DNA from: a virus
Strand: one strand, 5' to 3'
IMG/VR virus record: IMGVR_UViG_3300042691_031577
Coordinates: 32,001 to 96,000 of that record
Length of the DNA stretch: 64,000 nucleotides
Below, piece by piece: positions 49,734-58,513 of this stretch. The translations under genes were made by a program, and so were the position numbers. The first letter of the stretch is position 1. Every line of letters starts with the position of its first letter. The notes beneath the pieces were generated by a model. It made no database searches. It worked only from the letters and a program-made list of their open reading frames with translations, and had not been told where the DNA came from.

Positions 49734-50390
49734 TTATTCAAAAATTACTTTCATCTCGTAATTCTTAATTTCTTGACGACCAAAATCACTATTGAAAACA
49801 ACTCTCATAAAAATAGTAGCAGTATCCCCAATCATTTCATCATCTAAAAATATATTAATTCCCGGTTGATACGTGTACTTACTGTAAACTGCTAATATTG
49901 TACGAGCATATGGTTTTTCCCATCCTGTGAATTTTTTAGGTATTTGATATCCAACAATATTAGTGGGAGACATAAAATCAGATAAACCAGCCATTGTGTA
50001 AGTACGTGTCCCAACAGGAATTGGATCTTTAAAACGCTTATCCGTGTATAGTCCTAAAAATGAATATACTGGGTATCTATATCTAACTGTGTCAAACAAT
50101 ACAAAATAATCCGAATCAAAACCTACTTCAATTAATGGAACTTCATTGATTACGTATTTTGGAATTAATTCTGATAGTTCTCCTCTTATTGTAAAGTAAT
50201 TTAATCCAATATATTTTATATGGTGATATCCATTTAAATCAATTGAATCTTCTCCAGGACCTGAAATGTAAAAGAAGCCTTCACAGTTTCCATTTAAACA
50301 AGGGTAAGGCCCTTTTTCTTCTTCATCTTCTGGTTTAACACAAGAAAATAAACTAATGCTTAGTAAAGCAAATAAAATAATTTTTTTCAT
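49734..50390 (-). CDS. Lipoprotein of Bacteroidota type
   Basis: MKKIILFALLSISLFS-C lipobox followed by VKPEDEEE. Confidence 0.75.
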   Translation of the reverse strand: MKKIILFALLSISLFSCVKPEDEEEKGPYPCLNGNCEGFFYISGPGEDSIDLNGYHHIKYIGLNYFTIRGELSELIPKYVINEVPLIEVGFDSDYFVLFDTVRYRYPVYSFLGLYTDKRFKDPIPVGTRTYTMAGLSDFMSPTNIVGYQIPKKFTGWEKPYARTILAVYSKYTYQPGINIFLDDEMIGDTATIFMRVVFNSDFGRQEIKNYEMKVIFE

Positions 50391-50436
50391 AACCTTTTTT
50401 TGTAAACATAAGAAGAGGACTTTGCCCTCCTCATAT

Positions 50437-52260
50437 TTAAAGTATTACTACTCTTCCTTGTATGTCTGTATTAGGGTATCTAATCTCAAAAATAGAAGGA
50501 TCTAATGAAGGATAAATAACTCCATTACTTGTAGCTCCAGGAATATCATATCCATATAAAGAATAAGTAGCTCCTGTTGAATCTTGTTTATTTATTATTT
50601 CAACCTTTACTACTGACTGTACACCTCTTACTCTTAATAATTTAGATGTTATTTCAGATAATATAATAGGTTGATTAATTTGCCATTTATCTATATTAAA
50701 ATGATCTTGTAATGTTGATATACAGTTACTAATTACTTCGTTATTATTAGAACCAGCGGCGGTAGTGATATCAAAATTAACACCTATATTAATATAAAAT
50801 GCATCTTTAATATTAATAGCATCAGTTGTCATTCTGTACTCATTAATATAAGTAACTAAATTATTTTTTAAATTACTGGTTGCGTTGATTAATTGCTTGC
50901 TAGAATTATATGCTAGAACGTGCATATCTAATGCTAGTGAATTAGGTGTATTACCACTATTATCTGATGATAATGGTTGAGTGGCATATACTTTAGCTAT
51001 ACTTCCGTATTCTGAAGGTAAAGATAAGGCTCTTACTATGTAGTCTGTTTTAGTTACAGCTCTCATTTGAGATGAATAAGCATATAAAGCATTATTTCTA
51101 ATTTCTTCAACTTGATCTCCATCTCTACCACCAGTAGCAGGAGCAGGATTATTACTAACCACGCTTTGTAACACTTGGGTAGGTAAACCTATACCTGGTG
51201 GAGTTCCATTCTTAAAATATACTCCAGCGGTATCTATACGTGTTAAATCATTTGATGGTACGTTTGATGTTATACCACCACCAACTAAATATCTAACTTG
51301 TAGTGTAGTATTAGATGGAGCTAAACCATATTCTCTAGTAAAAAATACAGATGCTTTATTATAGTTATTAGACAAATCCGAAATTCCAGGAACTAATCCT
51401 AATTGAATATTATCTGGTGTAGGAATAATATTAGTATCAGAAGTATTAGATATTCCAGCTCCAAACTCTAGTTGTACTGTATTATCAGATAATAATCTAG
51501 ATACAAATCGTCTTGGGGTTCTTTGTAGTTGTAATAAATAAGGAACTTGAGAAGCATCTGATCCGGTATTGGCTATCTTTTGGTATACTGTTCCTTGAGC
51601 TAGATAAGGTACTTCATACCATTGGTTACTATCACTTCCTGTTACGTCTAAAATTTGTAATATATTAGTATCAGTTAAAGTAACAGTTTGAAATTTTTGT
51701 GGTGTGGTAAAAGTAGAAGTAGAAGTTTTTATTTCAGCTGATATAGCTTTAACTGTTTTTTTAATTAAAAAGAAATTACTATCTACAAAACTTACCTCAG
51801 CTCCTGTTAAATCAGTAAAGTCTACCGCTTCAGTTGTTATAAAATTTATTCCGGTAGAGGTTGAAGTTATATTTGTATTAGCTGGGATTATTAAACCATA
51901 TACTGTATTATTAGGTACAGTTTCTCCTGTTACTACATTTATAGTAGAAGGCATTATTTGATATACATCTAAGTCAACAGAAGAAGCATATGATGCTTTA
52001 GGTCTATATCCCATAACATAAGACATGGCATATAAATTTTCTTTTTCCTTAGCATATAATAAAAAGTTTTCTTGAATTTGTGTATCTAAATAAAATGACA
52101 TTACATCACCTACATAAGAGGCTAGTTCAATGAACATATTTCCTGGAGACGCATCCGAAAAATCGTTGTATGTATTTGGAAAATATGTTTTAGCGTAATT
52201 TATTAAATTCGCTTTAAAATCACCAAAACTCTTATTTATGTATGATATATTATTTGCCAT
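50437..52260 (-). CDS. Baseplate wedge protein, T4 gp6-like
   Basis: YVGDVMSFYLD, FGAG, Y.VGGG..SN, GG.DG..VEEIR, QMRAVTKTDY. Confidence 0.88.
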   Translation of the reverse strand: MANNISYINKSFGDFKANLINYAKTYFPNTYNDFSDASPGNMFIELASYVGDVMSFYLDTQIQENFLLYAKEKENLYAMSYVMGYRPKASYASSVDLDVYQIMPSTINVVTGETVPNNTVYGLIIPANTNITSTSTGINFITTEAVDFTDLTGAEVSFVDSNFFLIKKTVKAISAEIKTSTSTFTTPQKFQTVTLTDTNILQILDVTGSDSNQWYEVPYLAQGTVYQKIANTGSDASQVPYLLQLQRTPRRFVSRLLSDNTVQLEFGAGISNTSDTNIIPTPDNIQLGLVPGISDLSNNYNKASVFFTREYGLAPSNTTLQVRYLVGGGITSNVPSNDLTRIDTAGVYFKNGTPPGIGLPTQVLQSVVSNNPAPATGGRDGDQVEEIRNNALYAYSSQMRAVTKTDYIVRALSLPSEYGSIAKVYATQPLSSDNSGNTPNSLALDMHVLAYNSSKQLINATSNLKNNLVTYINEYRMTTDAINIKDAFYINIGVNFDITTAAGSNNNEVISNCISTLQDHFNIDKWQINQPIILSEITSKLLRVRGVQSVVKVEIINKQDSTGATYSLYGYDIPGATSNGVIYPSLDPSIFEIRYPNTDIQGRVVIL

Positions 52261-52262
52261 TT

Positions 52263-52673
52263 TTATTGAAATTCTATAGTAACTTGATCTGGGGTTCCTG
52301 AAATATTTAAGGTATAATTAACTGTTACGTTTATGGTATTTGTATCTTCGCTAAAAACCACATCAACATTGCTTATACTTGCTTGTGGGATATAAGTTGT
52401 AAATGAAGCAGCTACTCTATCTTGAATTATACTTTTAAGATTATCTGTCATCCCCTCAAATAATAGATCTTTTATATCAGCCCCAAAATTAGGGTTCATT
52501 ATTCTTTCACCTCTATTTGTTAATAAAAGATTAATAACGTTAGATTTTATTTGATCTTTAGTACTATATGTTTTATTAAATACCCCGGGTCCATTAAAAG
52601 GTAGAGATACCCCAATAGCAATATTTTTTTGCAAATCTAAGGGATCTATACGTGTTACTTGAGGTATGGGCAT
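52263..52673 (-). CDS. Baseplate wedge / sheath initiator, gp25-like
   Basis: IKSNVINLLLTNRGERIMNPNFG. Confidence 0.9.
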   Translation of the reverse strand: MPIPQVTRIDPLDLQKNIAIGVSLPFNGPGVFNKTYSTKDQIKSNVINLLLTNRGERIMNPNFGADIKDLLFEGMTDNLKSIIQDRVAASFTTYIPQASISNVDVVFSEDTNTINVTVNYTLNISGTPDQVTIEFQ

Positions 52674-52674
52674 G

Positions 52675-53016
52675 TTATCCTAAATTACTTAAACCGGCTT
52701 TATCCTGAGCAGTCATACTTAATGCAGCATCCATTATAAAATTAGTAAATGGATTTTCATTGGTTTTATCAACAACTAACGGTACACCGTTATTAGATAC
52801 AGTAGGTTGTTCAAAACCAAACATGGCTCCCATTTTACTTCTCAATTGTGCTCTTACATCACCTGCGGCTGAAACATCATTGCTAGTAAAATTAAATGTT
52901 TTATTTTCTTGCAATGGTTTTGCTGGTTTATTTTCATTTAAAATAGCATGTAATTCCTCGCGAACTGCTTCGGCTACTGCCTCTTTGATTAAATTTTTAA
53001 ATGTTTTTACATTCAT
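52675..53016 (-). CDS. Hypothetical protein with FKNLIKEAVAEAVREEL leader
   Basis: Leader motif; ATATTTA-N5-ATG. Confidence 0.6.
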   Translation of the reverse strand: MNVKTFKNLIKEAVAEAVREELHAILNENKPAKPLQENKTFNFTSNDVSAAGDVRAQLRSKMGAMFGFEQPTVSNNGVPLVVDKTNENPFTNFIMDAALSMTAQDKAGLSNLG

Positions 53017-53029
53017 ACGTATAAATATT

Positions 53030-54235
53030 TTAAGCTTGTAAATTTCGTTGGTCTATAATTATTTTTAATTGATCTATTAATATTTGTGGTTCTAATGTAT
53101 ACGAATAATCACTTTTAACTACTTCTACATTATCTTTATCAAACGCAGCTGCATAGTGGCGTTTAATGCTGTCTTTAACAAAAGTACGAGGATCTTGATC
53201 TTCTTTAATTCTTAATCTAAATCCTTTATAAATTTCATCTTTTGGTTGTTTAATATCATTTAATAATGCATTGAGATTATCAAGTGAATTTGTGTTTATA
53301 GTTTCTATATCTAATTTATTATCAACAGTTTTTAATTGAGCTTTTAAATCATTTAATTCATCAATTATAGGAATTAAAAGAGCAGTCAGTGTTGCTAATA
53401 CAATTTGGGCTAACGATAATTTCTTTTGAAGTTCTTCAATTAGCGGTAAAGGAGGAACTGGGAGTAGGAATAATAAAGGAATTAATATTTGAGTTACTGT
53501 GATTATAATTTGAATAATTTGTAAACTTTCTTGAATTCTTGTAAATGTTCTTTCATTATTATCTAAAACATTATAAGCTGAGTTACGACTTACCCGAGCA
53601 TTATCTAATTGTTCTGGGGTTTGAGCGTTATCTATTATATCGTTAGTATTGTCTACTAAAGTTTGAAGACTACTATTTTGAACTGCTAATTTAGAAATTA
53701 AAATAGTTCCACTCAATATTAAAAGAGGGGCAAATGATTTAGTTGTACTGCTTATTAAAGCAGAAATAGCTTTTGTTTTATTTGCTTTATTTCTAATATC
53801 TTTTCGTTTTTGTTTGTCCTTTTGTTTTTTCTGTTTATCTTTTCTACGTTTTTTAGGATCTTTAGTTATGCTTTGAATCTGATTTTCAGTATTTTGCTGT
53901 TGGTTATTTAATGATTCTTTTTCAGCAGCGTATCTAGCATTTTCACTTGCTACTGCTTCTTTATATTCTTCCTCGGTTAATGTAGGTTTAGTTGGAGGTT
54001 TAGGTTGATACTGATTTTCTAATTTATTTAGATTAGATTTATGTGTTACTTCTAATTCTAATTTTTTCTTTATTATATCTTCTAATTTTTGTTGAAGAAT
54101 TTGAACCTGTCCTAAAGCAGCAGATATTATTTTTTTCTTTGCTGCTTCTTTAACTTGATCACCAAAAGCACTAGGTAAGCCAGTACTGGTTAAAGTTTTA
54201 GTTATTCCTGGTGATATTAAAGATGATACGTTCAT
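53030..54235 (-). CDS. Coiled-coil protein with hydrophobic hairpin, baseplate-associated
   Basis: Follows gp5-like gene; long coiled coils and IIQIIITVTQILIPLLFLL segment. Confidence 0.5.
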   Translation of the reverse strand: MNVSSLISPGITKTLTSTGLPSAFGDQVKEAAKKKIISAALGQVQILQQKLEDIIKKKLELEVTHKSNLNKLENQYQPKPPTKPTLTEEEYKEAVASENARYAAEKESLNNQQQNTENQIQSITKDPKKRRKDKQKKQKDKQKRKDIRNKANKTKAISALISSTTKSFAPLLILSGTILISKLAVQNSSLQTLVDNTNDIIDNAQTPEQLDNARVSRNSAYNVLDNNERTFTRIQESLQIIQIIITVTQILIPLLFLLPVPPLPLIEELQKKLSLAQIVLATLTALLIPIIDELNDLKAQLKTVDNKLDIETINTNSLDNLNALLNDIKQPKDEIYKGFRLRIKEDQDPRTFVKDSIKRHYAAAFDKDNVEVVKSDYSYTLEPQILIDQLKIIIDQRNLQA

Positions 54236-55455
54236 TATGATATGAATACTTGGTTAGAAGCTATATATTTGTCAGTATTTTCAGGTTTAAACATATCTTT
54301 TACCTTTTCCAAATCAGTATTAAGACGGTCAGCAGCTGCTTTTAAAGTAGGAATAGGTGCTCCTGTACTATCAACTGATGGAGAAGCAGTAGTAGTAAAT
54401 GTTTGTAATGCTTTTACTAAATCAGATAATAAATCTATTACTTTAAAACCTAATAAAACGGGTTCAAGAGGTAAAGAACCATCTGTGTTTTTACCTAAAT
54501 ATATATCATTTGAAGTAAGTTGAATAGAATTTCCTACTAAATTAATTCCATTTCCTTTTAAGATAGTATTTGTTTTAGAAAATAACATCACTTCATCCTT
54601 TTTAGAATTAATTAATATTCTATCACCATTTAGTACAACTTGTGAACTATTATAAGAATCAGGTGATGTTGGTTCTCCAATTAATGGAGATTTTAAACCG
54701 GTAGAATCTATTTCTATAGGTAAAGCCTGAGTTGACGTTAAATAAATGGAAGAAGCATCTTTATTTATTCGTTCTGAGTATAAAGGTTGTGGGGTACTAT
54801 TAAAACTTAATCCGTTGGAAAGTATTAAAATAGGACTTCCATTGTCTCCTATTTTACTCCATTCGTTATAATTTGGGTTATCAGGATTACTATATAATCC
54901 AACGGTACTACCGAAACGAATAGATTGGCCTGTTCGACCAGATAATATATAATCGCCTTCATATGTTATTAAATTTTTTATATTTCCATTTTCATTATAT
55001 GTTTTTCCTAAAGGAGAATTACTATCAGAAGATTGAGCATTTTGTTCACTGTTTCCCCAAAGATTAACAGTACATAGCCAATATGATATATCTCCTTTAG
55101 TATCTTTTTTTGTTTGAGACCCTATAGATGCTCCTGGTAGTATAAGAATTATTTCACTTAATAAAGGATAGTCTTGAATATTACTGTAGAAAGGGTAAGC
55201 AATATCACATGTATTTAAAAAATCATCTGTCAAACTTCCATTTTCAGTTCGGCTAGCATAATAGTCTTTATAAAATACGGCTCCTACCCTTTTATTTGCT
55301 TTTTCATACATCTTGGCAGTAGGCAGATTAATACCAGTAACTACCCCAAAAACCTTTCCATATGAAGAAATAGAAGCTTCATTTTGCTCTGTAGTTTTTT
55401 TCTTTACAGGGTTGCTTATTTGGTTACTACCTTTTAAACCGTATTTTAAAGCCAT
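54235..55455 (-). CDS. Baseplate hub/spike protein, gp5-like
   Basis: YPLLSEII, EGD.ILSGRTGQSIRFGS, beta-helix-like C-terminus, EPVLLG. Confidence 0.65.
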   Translation of the reverse strand: MALKYGLKGSNQISNPVKKKTTEQNEASISSYGKVFGVVTGINLPTAKMYEKANKRVGAVFYKDYYASRTENGSLTDDFLNTCDIAYPFYSNIQDYPLLSEIILILPGASIGSQTKKDTKGDISYWLCTVNLWGNSEQNAQSSDSNSPLGKTYNENGNIKNLITYEGDYILSGRTGQSIRFGSTVGLYSNPDNPNYNEWSKIGDNGSPILILSNGLSFNSTPQPLYSERINKDASSIYLTSTQALPIEIDSTGLKSPLIGEPTSPDSYNSSQVVLNGDRILINSKKDEVMLFSKTNTILKGNGINLVGNSIQLTSNDIYLGKNTDGSLPLEPVLLGFKVIDLLSDLVKALQTFTTTASPSVDSTGAPIPTLKAAADRLNTDLEKVKDMFKPENTDKYIASNQVFIS

Positions 55456-55456
55456 T

Positions 55457-55846
55457 TTATTCTAAACGTTTTTGTAAATCTTTCTGAGCAGCCTCTAACA
55501 GTTTTGTACCTTCTTCCTTAATAGCATTTTGTTCGTCTAACAATAATTGAATTTCGCTCATATCTATCAACGATTCACTAGTTGAAGACGAATTATTAGT
55601 AGCTCGCTGTGCTATCCCAGCCATTTTTATTAATTGATCATTATTTTTTACGTTAACATCAATTAGATCTTTTATAGTAGGCATTAACATTACAGCAGAA
55701 CCAGCATTAGATGATGCAAGAGGCTTGATAGCCCCTATTAATTCATTGATCTGACTATCAACAGATTTATTATTTTTATGTATCTGCTTAAATATGTCTG
55801 ACAATGAAGTATTACCAAAAAGCGTTATATCATCAAAATTGGTCAT
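55457..55846 (-). CDS. Helical protein, possibly small terminase
   Basis: Coiled coil with VKNNDQLIKM; weak resemblance only. Confidence 0.35.
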   Translation of the reverse strand: MTNFDDITLFGNTSLSDIFKQIHKNNKSVDSQINELIGAIKPLASSNAGSAVMLMPTIKDLIDVNVKNNDQLIKMAGIAQRATNNSSSTSESLIDMSEIQLLLDEQNAIKEEGTKLLEAAQKDLQKRLE

Positions 55847-55875
55847 AATCGTTGTTTATTATAAATATGAGTTAT

Positions 55876-56580
55876 TTAGAACTTTATATATCCTGTAGAA
55901 TAATATTCATTATATAATTTAACTCTTAGGGTATTTAATTTTTTAGTTACCTTAGTTATTTGAGGAGTAGAGGCATCTGTTATTTCACGAATGTATATAT
56001 ATAAAGCTTTTTTATTAAATATTTCCAACGATTCTCTTTTTCGGAACAATTCCATAACGGCGTCTGCTGTTTTAGCATCCTGTGGTTTGGGGAATAATTT
56101 ATAAAGATACTTATCAACGTATTTTACGTATAAATCTATAAATAAGTTTAAATTGATATCATCTTCAGATTCCCTTATAGTCCTATCTAAAAACGATTTA
56201 TCTTCCTCAATTTCATCCATTTCTCCATGTTTCTGGAGTTTTTTATAATTATTGTTATTGTATATAATTAGGTATCGTTTAGCGATAGTTCCAAAATATG
56301 AATACGCTTTACCTTTTCCCTGAGCATATAGATGAAGTTTCTCTAGTAGAAATGTAACCACCTCGTGTTTTAATTCCTCAATAGTGTTTATATCTGTATA
56401 GTAGAATTTGAAGGTATGTATAATGTTTTCTGCTAATTTATAGAAAGCATACCTAATCTTATCATTGTAGATTCTATTCCTTTCGATTTCATCTGTAGTT
56501 TGTAAAAACTCCAGAATGGCGTCCTCAGTTTCTTGGGTAAAATATACACTAGGACCTGTCTTGTTTTGATTATTTTCCAT
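55876..56580 (-). CDS. Phage sigma factor, T4 gp55-like (late transcription)
   Basis: FYKLAENII, EVV.FLLEKL..Y....GKAYSYFGTIAKR (sigma region 2-like). Confidence 0.7.
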   Translation of the reverse strand: MENNQNKTGPSVYFTQETEDAILEFLQTTDEIERNRIYNDKIRYAFYKLAENIIHTFKFYYTDINTIEELKHEVVTFLLEKLHLYAQGKGKAYSYFGTIAKRYLIIYNNNNYKKLQKHGEMDEIEEDKSFLDRTIRESEDDINLNLFIDLYVKYVDKYLYKLFPKPQDAKTADAVMELFRKRESLEIFNKKALYIYIREITDASTPQITKVTKKLNTLRVKLYNEYYSTGYIKF

Positions 56581-56618
56581 TAATTACGATGGTAATAAGG
56601 AAAGATGTGGTAGCCAAG

Positions 56619-56891
56619 TTATTTTTTAGAAACGTTTTCTAAAAGTTCTTTTAGATCACTTATATCCTTAAATACTTCTTCTAGCTCGGCATCGCCTTCA
56701 ACGTACATACGTTCATCTATTTTAGATAAACTAGATATTAGCTGAGATGAAATAAAATCTATATTCTCAATATATTGTTGTTGTTGAATAACAACTTTTT
56801 CTAAAGTAGTATTTTTTCTAATTAAAAAATAAACACCTACTCCCAACAATTCAGCTAGGTGTACTCCTAATACCCATAAAAATATTTCCAT
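56619..56891 (-). CDS. Single-TM coiled-coil protein
   Basis: Hydrophobic N-terminus. Confidence 0.55.
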   Translation of the reverse strand: MEIFLWVLGVHLAELLGVGVYFLIRKNTTLEKVVIQQQQYIENIDFISSQLISSLSKIDERMYVEGDAELEEVFKDISDLKELLENVSKK

Positions 56892-56893
56892 AA

Positions 56894-57103
56894 TTATCCG
56901 TTATATGTTTGGTTAAAAGCAAAATCAAAATCGTCATGCTCAGTACTAACCAATTCTTTAACTTTTTCTAAGTGTTCTTTTAATTGTTCTACGGTTTCAA
57001 TAAGTTCCTCTTGGGACATACCGCGATTAACTTGAACTTGTAATTTATGTCCAATGTTTTGGGCTTGTGTTAAGCCGTCTATAACTTGATTTTTAAATCT
57101 CAT
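56894..57103 (-). CDS. Hypothetical protein
   Basis: ORF with late motif at 57121-57129. Confidence 0.6.
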   Translation of the reverse strand: MRFKNQVIDGLTQAQNIGHKLQVQVNRGMSQEELIETVEQLKEHLEKVKELVSTEHDDFDFAFNQTYNG

Positions 57104-57212
57104 AATTGTATATGTTTATATATAAATATACGTCGTTCCCCGTCCCCACTGTCTGTCTCTCCCTTTCCTACCTTTTTAACCAAACCCGTAGGCAAAAAAT
57201 ACTAAAAATCTT

Positions 57213-57401
57213 TTAGGTATCCAAACTTCCTTCATAGAAAGTAAGAAAAAGTTTAAAATCTTCTTCTAACTCGCTCATTGTTATATTTTCGTAGGCATCT
57301 TCATTATCATAATCGTAAATGCCACTAACATATTCCTTAATCTGTAGATCACGATCAACGAACATGTTTTTTAAATTTGATTCAACTTCAGGTAAAGTCA
57401 T
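57213..57401 (-). CDS. Small acidic hypothetical protein
   Basis: 62-aa ORF. Confidence 0.55.
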   Translation of the reverse strand: MTLPEVESNLKNMFVDRDLQIKEYVSGIYDYDNEDAYENITMSELEEDFKLFLTFYEGSLDT

Positions 57402-57404
57402 ATT

Positions 57405-58334
57405 TTAATTAGCTACGGTAAGTGTATCTCCATCAACATCAGTAATATAATACCCATCAAGCCCTGTGTTAAATAAGGTACATTCCATTTCATAAATAAC
57501 ACCTCTACTATCTATAGCCCGACAAATACCTCCGGTATCTTCATTTAGGCCTACTTCTTCTCCCACATCTTCTAAACTAAACGATATTGTTTCCTCTTCT
57601 CCATTCACAGTTAATATTTTACATTTAACAGAGTCACCTCTATCTAATTCCCCTACCCCTAATAATTCAGGATCAATTTCCCACTCATATTCTTCAGGAT
57701 TAAAATCCTCCATCATTTTTTTAGATATAATTTTATTATAGTCATTCATATTCAATGTTCGTCCTTCAGAGGCCATACTAATTATATTTTCGGCTACATC
57801 ATGAAGATCCATATCTGTTTTAGCATCTTCACGAGCATACTCAAGTAAACGAATAAATAAAGGTACATCTAATTTAATAACGTCTTTTGGATTTTCCACC
57901 TCTTTTAGCGCACTGCCTTTCCCATTCGCCTTTTTATCCGTATATACGCTTTTAGGCGATTTAACTTGGTTTATTTTAGAGGAACGCCTCAACACTTGAT
58001 TAACCATGTCGATAGCTTGAGGATCAATAAATTCAATTGAGAAAGTACCATTCAATTTATCATCTTCAATAGCATAGCTATCAATAGCTATTCCTAATTT
58101 TTCAAGGCGATTGATGAATGCTGCTTTATCTTCGGATTTAATAGTGAATTTTTTAATTTCACTTAATCCCTGTTTTTTCTGGGATAAATAATTTTTAACC
58201 CCATCTTTGTACATGTTGTACATTTTAATAACCTCAACTGGATTATTTTTAATTTGTTGGAGCTTTTCAAGTGGACCAGCCAAACTAGGGGTATTTGACA
58301 TGTATTGGAATAATTCCTCGTAATAATTCTTCAT
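57405..58334 (-). CDS. Multi-segment late protein (putative internal head polyprotein)
   Basis: ATATTTA-N5-ATG; LSE/LKE/MME-delimited segments; DVPLFIRLLEYARED. Confidence 0.55.
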   Translation of the reverse strand: MKNYYEELFQYMSNTPSLAGPLEKLQQIKNNPVEVIKMYNMYKDGVKNYLSQKKQGLSEIKKFTIKSEDKAAFINRLEKLGIAIDSYAIEDDKLNGTFSIEFIDPQAIDMVNQVLRRSSKINQVKSPKSVYTDKKANGKGSALKEVENPKDVIKLDVPLFIRLLEYAREDAKTDMDLHDVAENIISMASEGRTLNMNDYNKIISKKMMEDFNPEEYEWEIDPELLGVGELDRGDSVKCKILTVNGEEETISFSLEDVGEEVGLNEDTGGICRAIDSRGVIYEMECTLFNTGLDGYYITDVDGDTLTVAN

Positions 58335-58345
58335 ATTAATAAATA

Positions 58346-58385
58346 TTTGGAGACTTAAAGAAAAAATTTTATCTTTACATCATAA
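58346..58385 (+). promoter_or_regulatory. Early-type promoter for the tRNA-like RNA
   Basis: TTTG-N20-TATCTTTA-CATCATAA, same pattern as minus-strand early promoters. Confidence 0.65.
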
Positions 58386-58395
58386 TAAATAAAAT

Positions 58396-58513
58396 AGTCA
58401 GGTGGCGAAAGGATCGGGATATCCCGGTCGTGGTAGACGCAGGTCGTAGGTAGCACCGTTTGCAAACAGCCTTAACGTGGTAAACATTACAGGTTCGAAT
58501 CCTGTCCTGACTA
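58396..58513 (+). ncRNA. tRNA-like RNA (Leu-type frame, hairpin inserted in D-loop, no canonical anticodon arm)
   Basis: Acceptor AGTCAGG/CCTGACT-A, T-arm ACAGG-TTCGAAT-CCTGT, D-stem GCG...GGTAGACGC. Confidence 0.75.

Larger units (their letters stand above)
1030..58346 (-). promoter_or_regulatory. Dispersed late-promoter motif ATATTTAT(A/T), more than 20 copies upstream of structural and cargo genes
   Basis: Plus-strand (t/a)ataaatat at 1030, 3058, 5131, 7827, 8530, 8887, 9439, 15156, 17665, 19605, 21234, 24079, 28491, 31348, 36091, 36752, 38230, 43696, 48906, 49711, 53020, 55860, 57121, 58338. Confidence 0.75.

Noticed and set aside
643-54523. Plus-strand ORFs in the track (e.g. 643..885, 11598..11954, 29497..29820, 38951..39445, 54242..54523)
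   Set aside because: They are antisense shadows of well-supported minus-strand genes, with no promoters or recognisable motifs
1030-58346. Reading TATAAATA as T4-type late promoters firing on the plus strand
   Set aside because: No credible plus-strand genes follow, and the fixed spacing to minus-strand ATGs favours the opposite orientation
58396-58513. Calling the element a functional tRNA-Leu or tRNA-Thr
   Set aside because: No canonical anticodon stem-loop with U33 can be drawn, so no anticodon is assigned
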